Source of the DNA: Hyphochytrium catenoides
Taxonomy: Eukaryota > Protista > Hyphochytriomycota
Direction: 5' to 3'
Assembly (NCBI GenBank): GCA_900088475.1
Contig: FLMG01003914.1
Location: forward strand, 57,025 to 121,024
DNA: 64,000 nucleotides
Both the position numbers and the translations under genes were made by a program. Within the stretch, counting starts at the first letter, position 1; each line of letters begins with the position of its first letter. Below, one piece after another: positions 25,094 to 38,484 of the stretch. The notes under the pieces were generated by a model, which had not been told where the DNA came from, ran no database searches, and saw only the letters and a program-made list of their open reading frames with translations.

Positions 25094-27125
25094 ATGAGAT
25101 GCTGCTGCGCCAACAATGAGGACGACCTCAAGAAAGAAAGGTCAACCAAAACGGGAGAAAACCGGATAATCCATATCATCAGCAGTAGTGGTGGTAGCCC
25201 TCATCGCTCTACCTTTATCGTCGACGTGCACGCAGCACCTTCCGCCTCTTCTTCGACCACGGGGCCACAACAAGGAAGAGATCATCACTCGTCTACGGTC
25301 ATGTGGATAGACTTTGACGAGTCTATTTGCAGCACACTCCTAGGAAGAGAGGCACATCGCAAGTTTATTCGCTGTCTACGTAGACACCGATACCTTGTCA
25401 AACTTTCCGCTGTGACATACAACGTGGGAATGTGTACCGTGGGTGCTATGTGCTTTGTGAAAGATGAGACTTATAGTAGTGTCATCCTGACTATTGCTGC
25501 CCTTGCCGCCGTTCTGCCGCCAGCCTACATACAGATGGGTCTAAGTATAAATCCCACGCTCCTAAGGAACGTCGCGCGTAGTTCAAGCTACTGGACGTTC
25601 ATCATCTTTCATCAGCTCGTGTGGATAGTGGTAGCTACGATGCTTGGCGGTCTACGCGGCGTCCTCTACTTCATTTTGGGGCTTTTAGCAACCGGGATCG
25701 GTTGCTCGACTGACTCTTTCCGCTTCCGCTTTAGATCCAACCAAGGCTCTTTTTGGGGCTTCGTCACTAGCCTGGTGCTTGGTATTGTCTTCACGTCGGC
25801 CGCCGTTCTTCTGCCTCCTCCTTCGGGTAAGGAACTAATAGTGTGGTCTATTGGCTCGCGGCAGATAACGTCACAAGACATCATTGTTAGTGCCACGGGA
25901 ACATTTGCGATGTTTATCTTCCATCAAATATACTTATCATCTAAATGGCTGCAAAGAGCTCTTTCCAAGCAGCCTCCATCACCTCGGTCGGATCGGAGGC
26001 GTATCTCATGTCCATCTCTGCAATGGCCGTTAGTTCTTCAGCCATTCTATACAAACAATGAGCGACCTCCCGCTGATACAAGCTCACAAGTTGGAAAGTC
26101 GCCAGCACTGAGCTTCCTGGTACCACTTACCGTCAGTCGACCCACGGACATTCTTTTTCAGTCTAATCACACCCATTCTGATTGCTTCCGAGAGATGCAG
26201 TGGAGTTGGAAGCAGAGATACCAGACGACTTGTTCAACAACCGAGCGAACTCATCCCTTAAGAGTCTCCCACAAGCTGCTCTCTCCCTTCTTTTTCCAAC
26301 TGTTGATGTTTCTTGAGACGGCATGTGTCATACCGATCAGCTTCTATCTCGGCACCGTTAAAAAACTTTCCTCACTAGACCAGCTATTGTGGATCTCTCC
26401 GCTAGTGGCAGCCACAAGCCTGATGGGGAGCATTGGTTTTTGCATATGCCTCTCCATGGCATGGAATGTTGATCTGCTCCGGCTGATCTTGCGCTCATCG
26501 GTAGACTTTTGGTTTTTGGTGGTGCAAGTTGGGGCTCTGGCGATGTCTCTGAGTGATGCTGTGGCTTACGATGAACGCTCTCTGGCCATGCATTCTCTAC
26601 GTAACCTGTATACTCAGCGACGCACAACTTCCCCACGCTGCTGGTGATCGCAGGATGATCACCTCAACGAAGGCAATTATCGGCTTAGCTGCATTCTTGC
26701 CGCTGCTTGTTACGCAGTGCGCGCTTGTCTACAGCTTATTTTTCTTGGAGGATAGTCTTCACCTTCAATTTCGCACGTTGATCCAGATCACACACCACCA
26801 GGACGACGAAGTTGTAGATATGCCACGAGCGATTCTGAGCTTTTCGACAGATAGCTTCATAATCGCAAGGCAATCCTCCGTCACCCTGTTCTCATTGCCA
26901 GTACTCTATCATCTAGCAGTTCGCTGCGCTTCGTCCGATGGATCCGTTTTGCCTATCGTTGGACCCAGTGCAACCTCCTATTCCGACGGTGTAACCAACA
27001 ATAGAGAGCAACACCTGTATTTTCTTACTGGTAAAGCTTCATATCGGGTACCGAGGTCCCAACTGCCATCTTTGCCAGTCAATGCTAAAAGTTCTGCTAC
27101 TGTCTCATGCACGAAGGCTCCTTAG
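25094..27125 (+). pseudogene. Intronless multi-pass membrane protein with two-fold internal duplication, broken by one frameshift near 26580 (pseudogene or sequence error)
   Basis: Two overlapping hydrophobic ORFs (frame 2 to 26647; frame 3 26553-27125). The halves align: INPTLLRNVARSSSYWTF vs WNVDLLRLILRSSVDFWFL. The first ATG in ORF1 is at 25094. Confidence 0.7.
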
Positions 27126-27851
27126 GGCTAGATGGACCACAGACGATGACGTTTTGCAGATGAAACACTGGTGATTACCTGCACACTGTAAAGTATGTGT
27201 GGTGGCTGTTATGGAGTCTATCTTGGTTGGATGACCCGCGCCTCTGCTGCTTTGTCCCTCCGTTCGATATCAGGAGTATGCTCCTCGAAGCTGAGGATTG
27301 GGACGTGTCACTTTTCTACACTCACAATACTACCCTTCACAGCACAACCCGCCCAATGCACCTTGACTAAGTGTGGGAAATACGGTCCGCAAGGAAGATA
27401 AGACCTGTAGGGCCGAGCAGTGGCTGAAGGAACAATAGCTGGTCAGTGTGGTAGAGGCGATAAGGACCTCATGAGCATGCTTCTGACCCAGTAGTGGCGC
27501 TATGTCTCATATGGGAAGAAGAGAAGCCCTTACTATGGTGCTCTAAAATATCGCCGAGCATCCATAGTGAGCTGCTTGTCGTCGCAAACCCAGCGAAGCT
27601 GCTATGTGTAAAGGGCCGTCTCCGCGCACTGCAGAGCGGCCTTTGAAGGAAAGAATTTAGCTGGACAAACCGCGCAGTTGCCGATGCTGGAAGACTGACG
27701 ACGTTCACCCTTTCAGGGCACGTTAGAAAATTTAAATAGAGGCTTACTATAAGAATGCTGACAAGCTGATTCCACTCTTGTACGAGAAGAGCCTGCGGTG
27801 ACAGAGAGAAGGGAGGCGTAGCAGTGGAGGAAACACAAAGGAAGCAGGGAC

Positions 27852-30647
27852 CTAAAACTTCGGTCTTTGTTTAATTTCCTTCTCTGACGTGTCGTGGATG
27901 AGGATCTGGCACGGAGACGTAGCCGGATTGTGGTTTTCAGCGCCCTGTTGCAGACCACTTAGCTTACTTTGGTGAACAGAAAAGTTATGAAAGACTAACA
28001 AGACGGAGAGATTCTATTCTCCTTTTTTGATATGGAGGCAAGGATAACAGCTAGAAAGGTTGGGATGACGCGTTGCAATAGCGGCATCCCGAATGACCGA
28101 TAGTAACTGACCTTGCTCCAATCATAGCCCACAGCATATGCGTACATGTCTCCAGGGGTGTTGAAGGCGCCCGTGGTAATAGGCTGGTTACTGTGAGAGC
28201 CAAATAGGTCAGCACAGCAATTTGAATGAATGAAGAGAGAAAGCAGAAGCCATAGAAGTGACACTAAATCTATAAGAACCCTTACAAGTGTAAAAAAAGG
28301 AATGGAGAGCGAATAGCACACTGCTGAGATGAAAGGGAGCGGTAGGCAATGACGTCAGGGGACCATGGGTGATAGGGGTCATGATCTACTGCTCCGAAGG
28401 AGCTGTGGGCTCACCATCTCTGGAAAGCCTTCAACCTTTGTTTGCTATCCTTGTCCCAGAAGTGGAAAGCTCCGTCGGAGCCAGCCGTGCAGAAGGTTCC
28501 GAAGTGATGGAAGGCGATGGAGTTGACTGCATAGATCTCAGTCAACCCTCCGGATTTGGCTGGTTCACGGTGGCATTTGAAGGCAAACGACTTCATGTCC
28601 CTATGGGCGACAAAGAAGGCATACTTAGCCGATGGCAAGCCTGTTCCAAGTGGTGCAAGAGAAGCTAGCCAGACCGAAAAGGGAATTGAGCTACCACAAC
28701 TGACGTGGATGGCAGAAACAGAAAGAGCACTCAGACTCCGAGCACATAGGAACGATACCAATATGCCGTCCACCCAATAGGCGACTTACTGAGTCATTTC
28801 CTTGGGCCTATTGATCTCTTCTATGTACTGAATGGACACTCTGCCCTCGATAGAGCCTACCGCAAAGCCCGTCTTATCAGGAAAAGTGGCCACGCACCGA
28901 GTCTGGTGCTTTAGATGGCTCTTGTGGCTCTGTTGCCAACTGTACGCCTACCGACAGCAGCAGAAGTTAATGCATGGAAACAGTTCTGAGCCCGATAATG
29001 GGGACGGAATGAGCCAGACCGGAACGATTAAGACCCACACTGTAGGAAGATGTCGACGGGAACTGTAGGTAGATGTTGAGGCGAACAAAAACAAAGAAAC
29101 AGAGATACATGAGAAAACCCACATGGGGCGATGCTGAAGGGCGAAGTACTCTAAGCGAAACGGACAAGATACAGGCGAGAGAGATAGAGAGACAGAGAGA
29201 TAGAGGCCAAGGCTGAGGTCTAAAGATGCAATAAATGCTGCAAGGAGAGCATGCCGATCCTCCGTTACCTTGTAGACTTGCTGCGGCTTTGTGAGGTCAT
29301 AGACATGAAATTGCTTCTCTGCTAAACCGACAACTAATAGCGGATAGCGACAATCCATCGCATATACACGCTCTGCCAGACGAACAGAAAAGTTAGCGTA
29401 GATTGAAGCAGCTGTTGTTTGAACTGATCTCCGTTTTCTCAGCTTTCGATTCAAAAGCCTCTCTCTCCTTTCCCGAAAAGCTATGACAGCGGGAACAGAA
29501 CTACTTGCTGAAACATTCCATCTCTATAGGGGATCTAGTTTTGATAGGTCCCCCATGCGTCCGAGCATTGCATCCGGGTACAGGGATGACGTCCCTCACA
29601 TTTGCATTCAGCATTGTTTCCTCATCTTTGTAAGCCTTTCTGCCCTTCAATTCTAGTCTTTCCGTCGCAAGAGCTCCCTTCTTTTCGAAAGCGCTCTTCT
29701 AAGTGGCCTTACCTGGAAGATCGACACTACAGATGGGATTAGGAGATCTGGTATCCCAATAGCGCAGCCTTTTGTCCCAACCAGCCGACAGAACGCAATT
29801 ACTCATTTCCGGGATGAAAGCGACATGTTTCACTGGAGCATCGTGCTGAATGATAGGTGCAACAGAACTACGTGAGCAGGATAGGAACTCTCAAATTGTC
29901 AGTGAGGTATGAACAGGAGATAGGAATCAGAGGGGTGAGGGATGAGGGCAGGAAAATGGGCCAGGTACCCCGGACCCGTATATTGTCAGTTCAACGAGTC
30001 GCACAAAAAGCAGTCAAAGTGCAACAACAAGTCTCACAGTCCGCACTGAAGTTATTTAAGCAGGAGAAGAGTCCCTCCTTACCGCTCCTATTTGCGTGCC
30101 CTGAGTGCCTGCCTGCCCTAACTGCCACATTTTCACAGTCTTATCACAGGACCCAGAGAAAACTGTTGATCCGTCCTATACAGATTGAGGGGTCAGAGGA
30201 GGAGATCCACTGGCAGATGTAAGACCGCAGCCGGCAAAGCACAGCTAAGCAGCACGAGGTAAGTTCTGGACTCCAAAAGGGAAAACAGAGCTATAGAAAA
30301 CGTTTGTATACCGCGCTAAAGGCTGTATCTAACACTGGAGCTTGATGGCTGATCATCGCTTTGGGCTCAGCCACGATATTCGTACCACTCTTCTTTACGT
30401 CCCAACAGAGCACCTGGTATAAGCATAACAGATGTCAGTCATCCCATTGAGGACGTCACTTTCAGAGGCAATTGCCAACGTTCTCCAGTCTTTTCTCTAC
30501 CAGTACCTGGCTATTCCACGAACCGGCCACCATGAGGTTCGATGTAGGGCTCCATGATATAGAGCTGACACTATCATTTGGAGAACTCGGAACCTCATAG
30601 TCATTGTTTGGGTTGCCTGGCTTCGTGGCGGCTCCAAAGGCAGCCAT
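27852..30647 (-). CDS. RAE1: mRNA export factor Rae1/Gle2 (WD40), 9 exons
   Basis: The spliced model gives [133 protein letters not shown]. Confidence 0.97.
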
Positions 30648-31016
30648 TTATCACTCCTTCTGCTATGACCCTCAGAAAGTCCCTGATCAAATGACCTTAC
30701 TTAACAGCTCTGCACGCTATACGATGTCACCAGCAAGGTCCAAGAGCGCTTGCCATCAGTGTGCAGCAGGACTGACGAACTGCCGACGAGGCCTCTGCTG
30801 TTGAAGAAGGCAAGCTTCTCCGTTCTGCATCCTTCCCACTCTTCTGAAGCTCCAACTAACCTCCATCAACACACAAATCTTAGATCAGAGCGCCGATAGC
30901 CGCAAATAATCTTGGCCAAGTCGTGATCAGTTATCAATAATAATGCAAGCTCTGCACTCTGGACTCGTACAATCGGACGAACAACTCTACAAAATCTGAC
31001 TACAGTTTATGAAGAC

Positions 31017-31327
31017 TTGGTCTCTTCAACTCTCTCTCTCCTCTTCATCAGCAGGAAAGGAAGAACCACACTTTCCTTATTCCAAGCAATAGTGATTTAA
31101 TAATAAATAGAGACCCATGCGGGGAAGGAAGAAGGGCGCATCGTCAATCCTTTCAGGCCAGCAAGAGATGAAGGGCTTTGGTCTCTTCAATCCTCTCTCC
31201 TCAACAACATTTTTACTAGTAGGAAAGGAATATTCACACTTTCCTTATTAACAATAGTAATAGGAGAGCGGAGAGGGTAAAGAAGAAGTGCGCATCGTCA
31301 TCCCTTCAAGGCCAGCAAGAGAAAAGA
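31017..31327. repeat. Two diverged ~160-bp tandem copies
   Basis: Copies start TTGGTCTCTTCAA at 31017 and 31178 and share AGGAAAGGAA...CACACTTTCCTTATT, CAATAGT, GCGCATCGTCA and GGCCAGCAAGAGA. A third TGGTCTCT is at 31329. Confidence 0.85.
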
Positions 31328-31732
31328 ATGGTCTCTGCTGAAAGGCGGATGCGCTTCAAAACTTGAGGCGCATTCTCTTTCACGGATGGCTAAAAGACCC
31401 TAGTATGAACGCGTAAAGCCATCCTTTAGTCGAATCCAACGACCCCGCGAGAGCAATCTCATCGAAGCTTCACAAGCCACTGCAAACGCTACAGTGCAGG
31501 ACACGAGGCATAACCCCAACCAATGATTCCCGGAGCAACGGGACAAACTGCAGTCCTTCTGGCTTTGTTCAATCCAGTATCACCATGACTTGAGAGTCCA
31601 TTAACCCTCCCTTGTATTATAAGCTTGAAAAACTCATGTAAAGTGGAGGGTCAACAGCTGCTGGCGTCACAATCATAATATTGATACTCATGCAGAACAG
31701 CTTACCCAACCTAGGCGCCACTCTTTCGCACT

Positions 31733-31952
31733 CATGAAAGACTGCTGAGAACCACACTGGGACCTCCAAGAGCAAAAATCTCCAAGAGTGGTACTTGTTC
31801 CAAGGTGATAGCCAGGAGATGTAATGGTTATGAGGCTACCTCCATGAAAGACTGCTGAGAACCACACTGGGACCTCCAAGAGCGAAGCTCTCTAAGAGTG
31901 GTACTTGTTCCAAGGCGATAGCCAGGAGATGTAATGGTTATGAGGCTACCTC
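31733..31952. repeat. Near-identical 110-bp tandem duplication
   Basis: CATGAAAGACTGCTGAGAACCACACTGGG...GAGGCTACCTC at 31733-31842 and 31843-31952, differing by only a few substitutions. Confidence 0.95.
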
Positions 31953-32506
31953 CTTTGAGTCCTCTAAAAAAAAACTCTATCCATTTCCGCCTTTCTTTCT
32001 TCACTTTTTTGCTACGCTACGAGGAGGGTGCAAGTGCTAGCTACCAGTGTGTCCAGAAAGGGTCATGTGTACTTAGTCTGCATCACGCTAAGTTGGGTGA
32101 CACATCACGCTACCGTACGAATGGAGCTTACGACTGCTGACCAAAGCCTACGGCGCGCTGCCTCTGTCATCATATCCTTATACGGCCTCCATCTAATATA
32201 TAGCGGGAGCCACGCTGCGGGAGGAGTCATATAACTGACTAAGGTTACTTTCTAAGACATGCTATAAGCAGTCGGAAGAGCAGTTATCCTATAATAAGGC
32301 TTTTCTGGACCGACAGGTTCCCCCCTCCAGGAAGTTTCAAGAGGCCAACTAAGAGTATAAGCAGGAAGTAATATTACTTACAAAGGAGTACGCCACCATG
32401 AAGCCAGTCAGTCCCGTGCTTCACGTTCCAGCCCCGTAGACATACTTTAAAAGGGAGAGAGAAAAGAGGATGGAGCAAGGTAGAAGATCGCTATAAGGTT
32501 GAATGC

Positions 32507-32832
32507 CTATAACTTATCTAAGCACTCAAACTGGATGATACTGTTTCCTCGGATAACCTAAAGATGTAATAAGCGCATGAGATAAGGTACAATAAGCGTA
32601 CAGGTTGACATATCTGGGGCATACGAGGCCAACTTACCACCATGCCGATCTGGTTCTGCTCGGTCGTTGACACTTCCTCAATCGACTCATCGAGCACAAT
32701 GTTCATGAAGTGATCAAAACCTCTAAGAACGCCAGAAACTTTCCTGTTGCCATTTAGCTTGAGGGAGAGTCTCTTGTCCATGTATTTCTTGAGGTCAGGA
32801 CCTCCCTTGGCTTTCTTCGCGGGTGCGCTCAT
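32507..32832 (-). CDS. SNRPG: Small nuclear ribonucleoprotein G (SmG), 2 exons
   Basis: [38 protein letters not shown]...IGMV | [16 protein letters not shown]; intron 32558-32637. Confidence 0.97.
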
Positions 32833-33717
32833 CCTGACTATTAGGCACCTATAGCATGGTTAGCAACAACTGTTTAGACCCTAAAAGCATGATAATCCCT
32901 TGAAGTGGCTTTGGATACCTTTCTTGCAGATGCCGTTGCTATCTCCGAAGTAGAGCCCTGATAGTGTCAGCGGAGTGGTAGATGGTATAACGTGAAGAGT
33001 CTGCGATGTTCTCGAGTAGCTTGGCAATGGATCTTCAAAAGCTTCAAAAAGCTGCAGATTTTGAGGGAGACAAACCAAAGACAGAGGAGAATCTACGGTG
33101 GCGAGGATAAGCATCTTTTACCGGCTAACCGGCATCATAAGAGGTCCTTTTCTGCTGCCCATAAGCCGTATGTTCTTTCTTGTTACAAGGCCCCCAGGAT
33201 CTCAGGGGAAATATATCTAAAATGTCTCTTTCCAATATTTCTGGGTATTAGTCTCCTAGATTCTGAAGGTTTCAGCTACACTATAGTACAGTTTCGTCGC
33301 TTAGTGAACGATTGGGTAATTGGTGCTGTACTCTGACAGGCCGTGGATTGGCAATCAGAAGCTCGTGCAAGGTCTGCTTTCTGGTGATGCTGCTCTGTTG
33401 TCCCTTGTGTGAGAGTTTCTGAGAGTCTCAGCTAATGCTGACAGACTCCGAGCTACGCTGTTATACCGCCGTAAGCTGCCTTCAAGCCTATTGCCCGCTT
33501 GGCACGTGAATGGGCCGCTTCGCACTGGCGACTTAGGTGAAGAGAAAGCGCGCTTTGAACGCCTGACAGTCCAAGTAAGAGTCACTATTCAATCAACCAA
33601 AAGAACTTTGACATCGCTACATTGAATATCCTACGTCTTACGGTCTCTCTGTTGGTACTGAATCCGTTTTCTGGATTGCCCTATGCTAGGACGGTACACA
33701 CTGACATTAAGAACAGA

Positions 33718-34450
33718 ATGAGTGCCATAAACTTTCTGGCCCAGTTCTGCCGTGGGAAGAATGTTCACATTAGTGGACGCGCTGCCAGAGGTCTTTTCAT
33801 GGGCAAAGACATTCGCTTTGGAAACAACGTCAGCTTTTCCAACCGGAAGTATGCATGCTTGCGCTCTTCACTACACATTGATTATATCCTTTCTTCAGTT
33901 GCTATGCACGCTTATCTAGACAAGCCCTGTCGCCCTCGCTTGCAGGCTTACTAACGTTTATGATATCTTAGGACACGGCGTTCGTGGAAGCCTAACGCGC
34001 AAAATAAGCGCCTTTATAGCGAGATACTGGACGACTTCATAGACTTTAAAGTGACAACGCACGCCTTGCGCTGGATTGATAAGGTAATTGTACACTCATC
34101 GAGAAGAGGGGAGTGGTGGGCCACTGTTAACCTGTCTCCTTGGTGGCTGCATCATGTCTGCTTCACCGCTCGCAATTGCTGTCCATTATTCCGTGCATTG
34201 TTGGTCCTTATTATCTATTGCGGTACCTTCTGGACAAACTTGACCCTGATACCTCCCTCCCTGCCATTTACTTTAGGCCGGAGGTATCGACAACTTTCTA
34301 CTAGGTTTGTCAGACAAGCGCATCAACTCTGTACAGGGTCTCAACGCCAAACGACGGCTAGAGGAGGCTCTTAGACTGAAGGATATGGCTGCGTCTGCGC
34401 TTACTGAAGCCACGGAGGCCGAACAGAGATTGGAGGAAGAAAGAAGATAA
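33718..34450 (+). CDS. MRPL28: Mitochondrial ribosomal protein bL28m, 3 exons
   Basis: RAARGLFMGKDIRFGNNVSFSNRK | TRRSWKPNAQNKRLYSEILD...VTTHALRWIDK | AGGIDNFLL, which is the L28 signature. Confidence 0.93.
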
Positions 34451-34780
34451 GTCGTGAAATCTATATAGCACGACATGCTGGCCCTTCCATGTATGCTACC
34501 AATATAGGAAAGATAGCAAATGTGAGACGCGGGGATTAGTGTCTTTCAGTGCAAAGGCCGGACCGAGACACAGGTGTCCACTGGAACAGGACACAGTGGC
34601 ATCTGACCAATATTTAATAATGCTCAAGACCATGTCCATCACGAACAGGCAGTGCAGCCTGACTTAGTATGGGGATATGAAGTAAGCGCTGGTCCTGTCA
34701 TTTACACTCACTTATGCTTTGACAGCTCCTAGAGAACGGTGGGTCTGAGCCGGCCAATAAATAGTAAGAACAAAGATGCC

Positions 34781-35597
34781 CTATTTAGAGGAGACCTTTC
34801 CATATGCTAGTGAAGGTGCAGCCACTCTTCTACCTATCAGATAGGTTGAGCTCTTCACCCTCCTAGCTCCTGGATCTCCTTTCCTCAGCCTCTCTGCAAA
34901 GTTCTTGGCGCTCTCAGGCACTGTTGACACTGACGACGTTCCAGCAAGCTCTACCCGCGTCACGTGCAGGTTTCCTGAAACGAGTTCGGAAGGTTGATGG
35001 GCCTTCTTGTCCCGCTTTCTTGACAGTCGATTGTCCTTCTCAACAAAAATTGTCTTCTTGGACGAAGGAAGACGGTCGAGCTTGGCTATTGCACCAGATC
35101 TGTGTAGGAGCAACATCAGACTGTTAGAGCTAGGGGTACGTGACTACGAAATACGCTTCAGTCCATATGGCACTTACTCTCTGGCTCTCTGAACGCTAGC
35201 GAGGAGGTCCTGTGGTAGTGCTTCACTGCTTTCGTTTTCATCTTGGCTGCTCGTTTCCTTCAGCTGCATACCCTTCTCCAGCTCGCGCTCTGCTGCTTTT
35301 CGTGCTGCGTCCGCCTGGTGCTTTTGCCTCTTTTCAGCCCTTTTCTGCTGCCTCTCGCGCTCCTTATCCTCAAGTCTGTAGTGTCCGCCCAAAGAATATC
35401 AGCTACGAACTATGTAGTCAAAAGAGGCTAAGCTAACTAAAGAGTACGGGGACTTACGCTTTCTTTCCCTCTTCCTCAGCTCTCCTCGCTTCTTTAGATA
35501 ACTGTTTCGCCTGACTCACTGTCAGGGACTCAGGCACCTCATCCTCTGAGGCGTCCGATTCTGGTGCCGCAGCCACCACTCGCCGCGTACGCTTCAT
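34781..35597 (-). CDS. Small charged protein, possibly NOL7/Utp16-like SSU-processome factor, 3 exons
   Basis: MKRTRR...SDASEDEVPESLT (resembles the SDDEAPEE motif), an R/K/E coiled coil, ALPQDLL, and a C-terminal SAKNFAERL...ARRVKS. Both introns have GTAAGT donors. The gene is well supported; the family call is tentative. Confidence 0.6.
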
Positions 35598-36531
35598 CTT
35601 TACTTTCCCTGAGGTATCCTCACAGACTGCCTCGCTTCTTCAACTTGCTGCTGCGCGATTGACCGCGTCACGGATCTCTCTCTTTATTAATCGCAGAGCA
35701 GGAGCTTTTGAAGCTCTTACAAAGAATGTGATACGCTGTCAAACGACCTTCGTCAGAGCTGCCCAGCCAAAGGTCAGAGCTTCAAAGGATGACATGTGAG
35801 CCCAAGAAACATTCAGAGCTTTCATAGCAGAGTGCAGTTGGTGGGCCGCAGCTTCTGATCACGGCAGTCCTGGGGGAGTACAGAGAAGGTACTGTGCTCT
35901 ACATGTCCGGCAAGGGACCTCTAGCGAGCGTATGGGTAGCTCCCATCCACTATTCACAAGGGTAGACTATAAGGATTACTGGGACAGGGAGGGTGGACCA
36001 CTTAGATAGGTTATCCTGGAGGAGGTCAGAAGAGAGGTCGTCCTGTCCCGCACGTTACCGGTCGTATGGCGGGAAGCTTCGAACAGACCTTCCACATGCT
36101 GCATATTCGGGCTCTTTTAGAGTCTCTCTATAAGTACTCTACCTCTCTCGCGGTCTCCTTCCCCTATGTTATAATATGGGGCTAGGCCTTTTGGTGTGTA
36201 TCTCATCCGTACTCTTTCTCATTAGTTTGGAATTTGTCTGCATTGAGCCGCCGTTTTCCAGAGATCACACAACCACCGCAGGTTAATCGCAGTACTTATC
36301 TCTTATCCGCAGCTTTAATCTTCAAAGCCCGTGGTGGAAGTTAACTTGGCCCATCCTTGCGATAGATTAGAGTTTAATAAAACAGGTCAGTGGACATGTT
36401 TATGATTCTCGGTTACCTCAGCCGACTTTGCCGACACGACCGTCAAAGTCTCATTTGCTTTCTTGATCCAGTGCCTCCTTTCCGCCGTCTCTAGCCGCTT
36501 GAAGCACCAAGGAGCTTTACCAACAGTCACA

Positions 36532-37524
<993 letters not shown>

Positions 37525-38000
37525 AGGGAAAAGACAGGAAGAATAGGGGGGTCGTGCAGCCCGTGCTGTCTGGCTCTATTGGATATGATATGCGGATGAT
37601 TGTTCCTTGTACATTCATAATAGGAGTTTATGTTCGAGTTGCGCTTGTTCTGACAGACCTGGCTCCTCTCAGCGTGGAAAGGGAACATTAGAACTCTCCT
37701 CTCCTTAGATCCCTACTCGCGTGGGCTCCTGTTTGGTCAGCGTCTTCTTAGAAGGAATGTTAGGCACTCCACGAAGTAATGAAAGCTCCTGTGACTCTCA
37801 ACGGAGATTACTTTCCATGCCGTCTCAAAGCGCTGATCCCTAACCGCTTGATGTGATTACTGTTGAAGGGTTGTCAGTCAAGCCTTTTCCTTTGTAGTAA
37901 AGAGAGCCTTATTCCGGTTCTCTCAATACCACTAGATTCTTCATTTTTCGAGGCTCCCATGTCGCTGGGCTATAAGTGCCCAATGAAAGAGCGGCACAGC

Positions 38001-38484
38001 TTAAACCATCGCTCTTTCTTGGTGCTCAGGAACATTGTCTTGGCCGTTCTTGCCTCTGGCCAAGTCCAAATATCGGGCCTTCATCAACTCGTTCAAGGCG
38101 TATATTTCAGCGCGTCGGGCCTCCCTCTTCGCTTCCTTCTCCTTCCAAGTCTTCTTGTCCTTCTGCGTGGTGGTCTTCAGGCTCCTTTGGCCTTGAGGAG
38201 ATAACATGCGAGTCCGGCTCAGCAACAGCTTCCGCTCCTGGTCGATAAGTTGGAGCCGTAGTGTCAGATGGGACCACGTTAGAAGTTAAACAAGTAGAAT
38301 GATGGCTATATGTGTAACACACTGTTGCACTGGTAACAAGACAGCTGTTCTCAACTGGACGGTGTCATCCCTCCGCCGGAAAACTCACCGCCGTCGATCC
38401 CGACGGCTTAAGTGCAGGAGTTTCTGCCTTCGAAAGCGGATCTACACTGAGACAAAGCACCGTATCTCCTGGCTCGCTCTTCAT
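38001..38484 (-). CDS. SVBP: Small vasohibin-binding protein (SVBP/CCDC23)-like, 110 aa, 2 exons
   Basis: Exon 38484-38389 (32 codons, GTGAGT donor) joins exon 38237-38001 (CAG acceptor) in phase 0. The product contains KEKEAKREARRAEIYALNELM, matching human SVBP QRQRAEIYALNRVM as recalled. Confidence 0.75.

Noticed and set aside
31040-31060. CTGATGA on the minus strand next to a hairpin, suggesting a hammerhead ribozyme
   Set aside because: No stem II or GAAA core follows, and the motif is absent from the second repeat copy.
31743-31775. GCTGAGA suggesting a TPP riboswitch
   Set aside because: The required ACCTGA and P4/P5 elements are missing.
31733-31952. Repeat as a CRISPR array
   Set aside because: It is a contiguous tandem duplication without unique spacers, in eukaryotic DNA.
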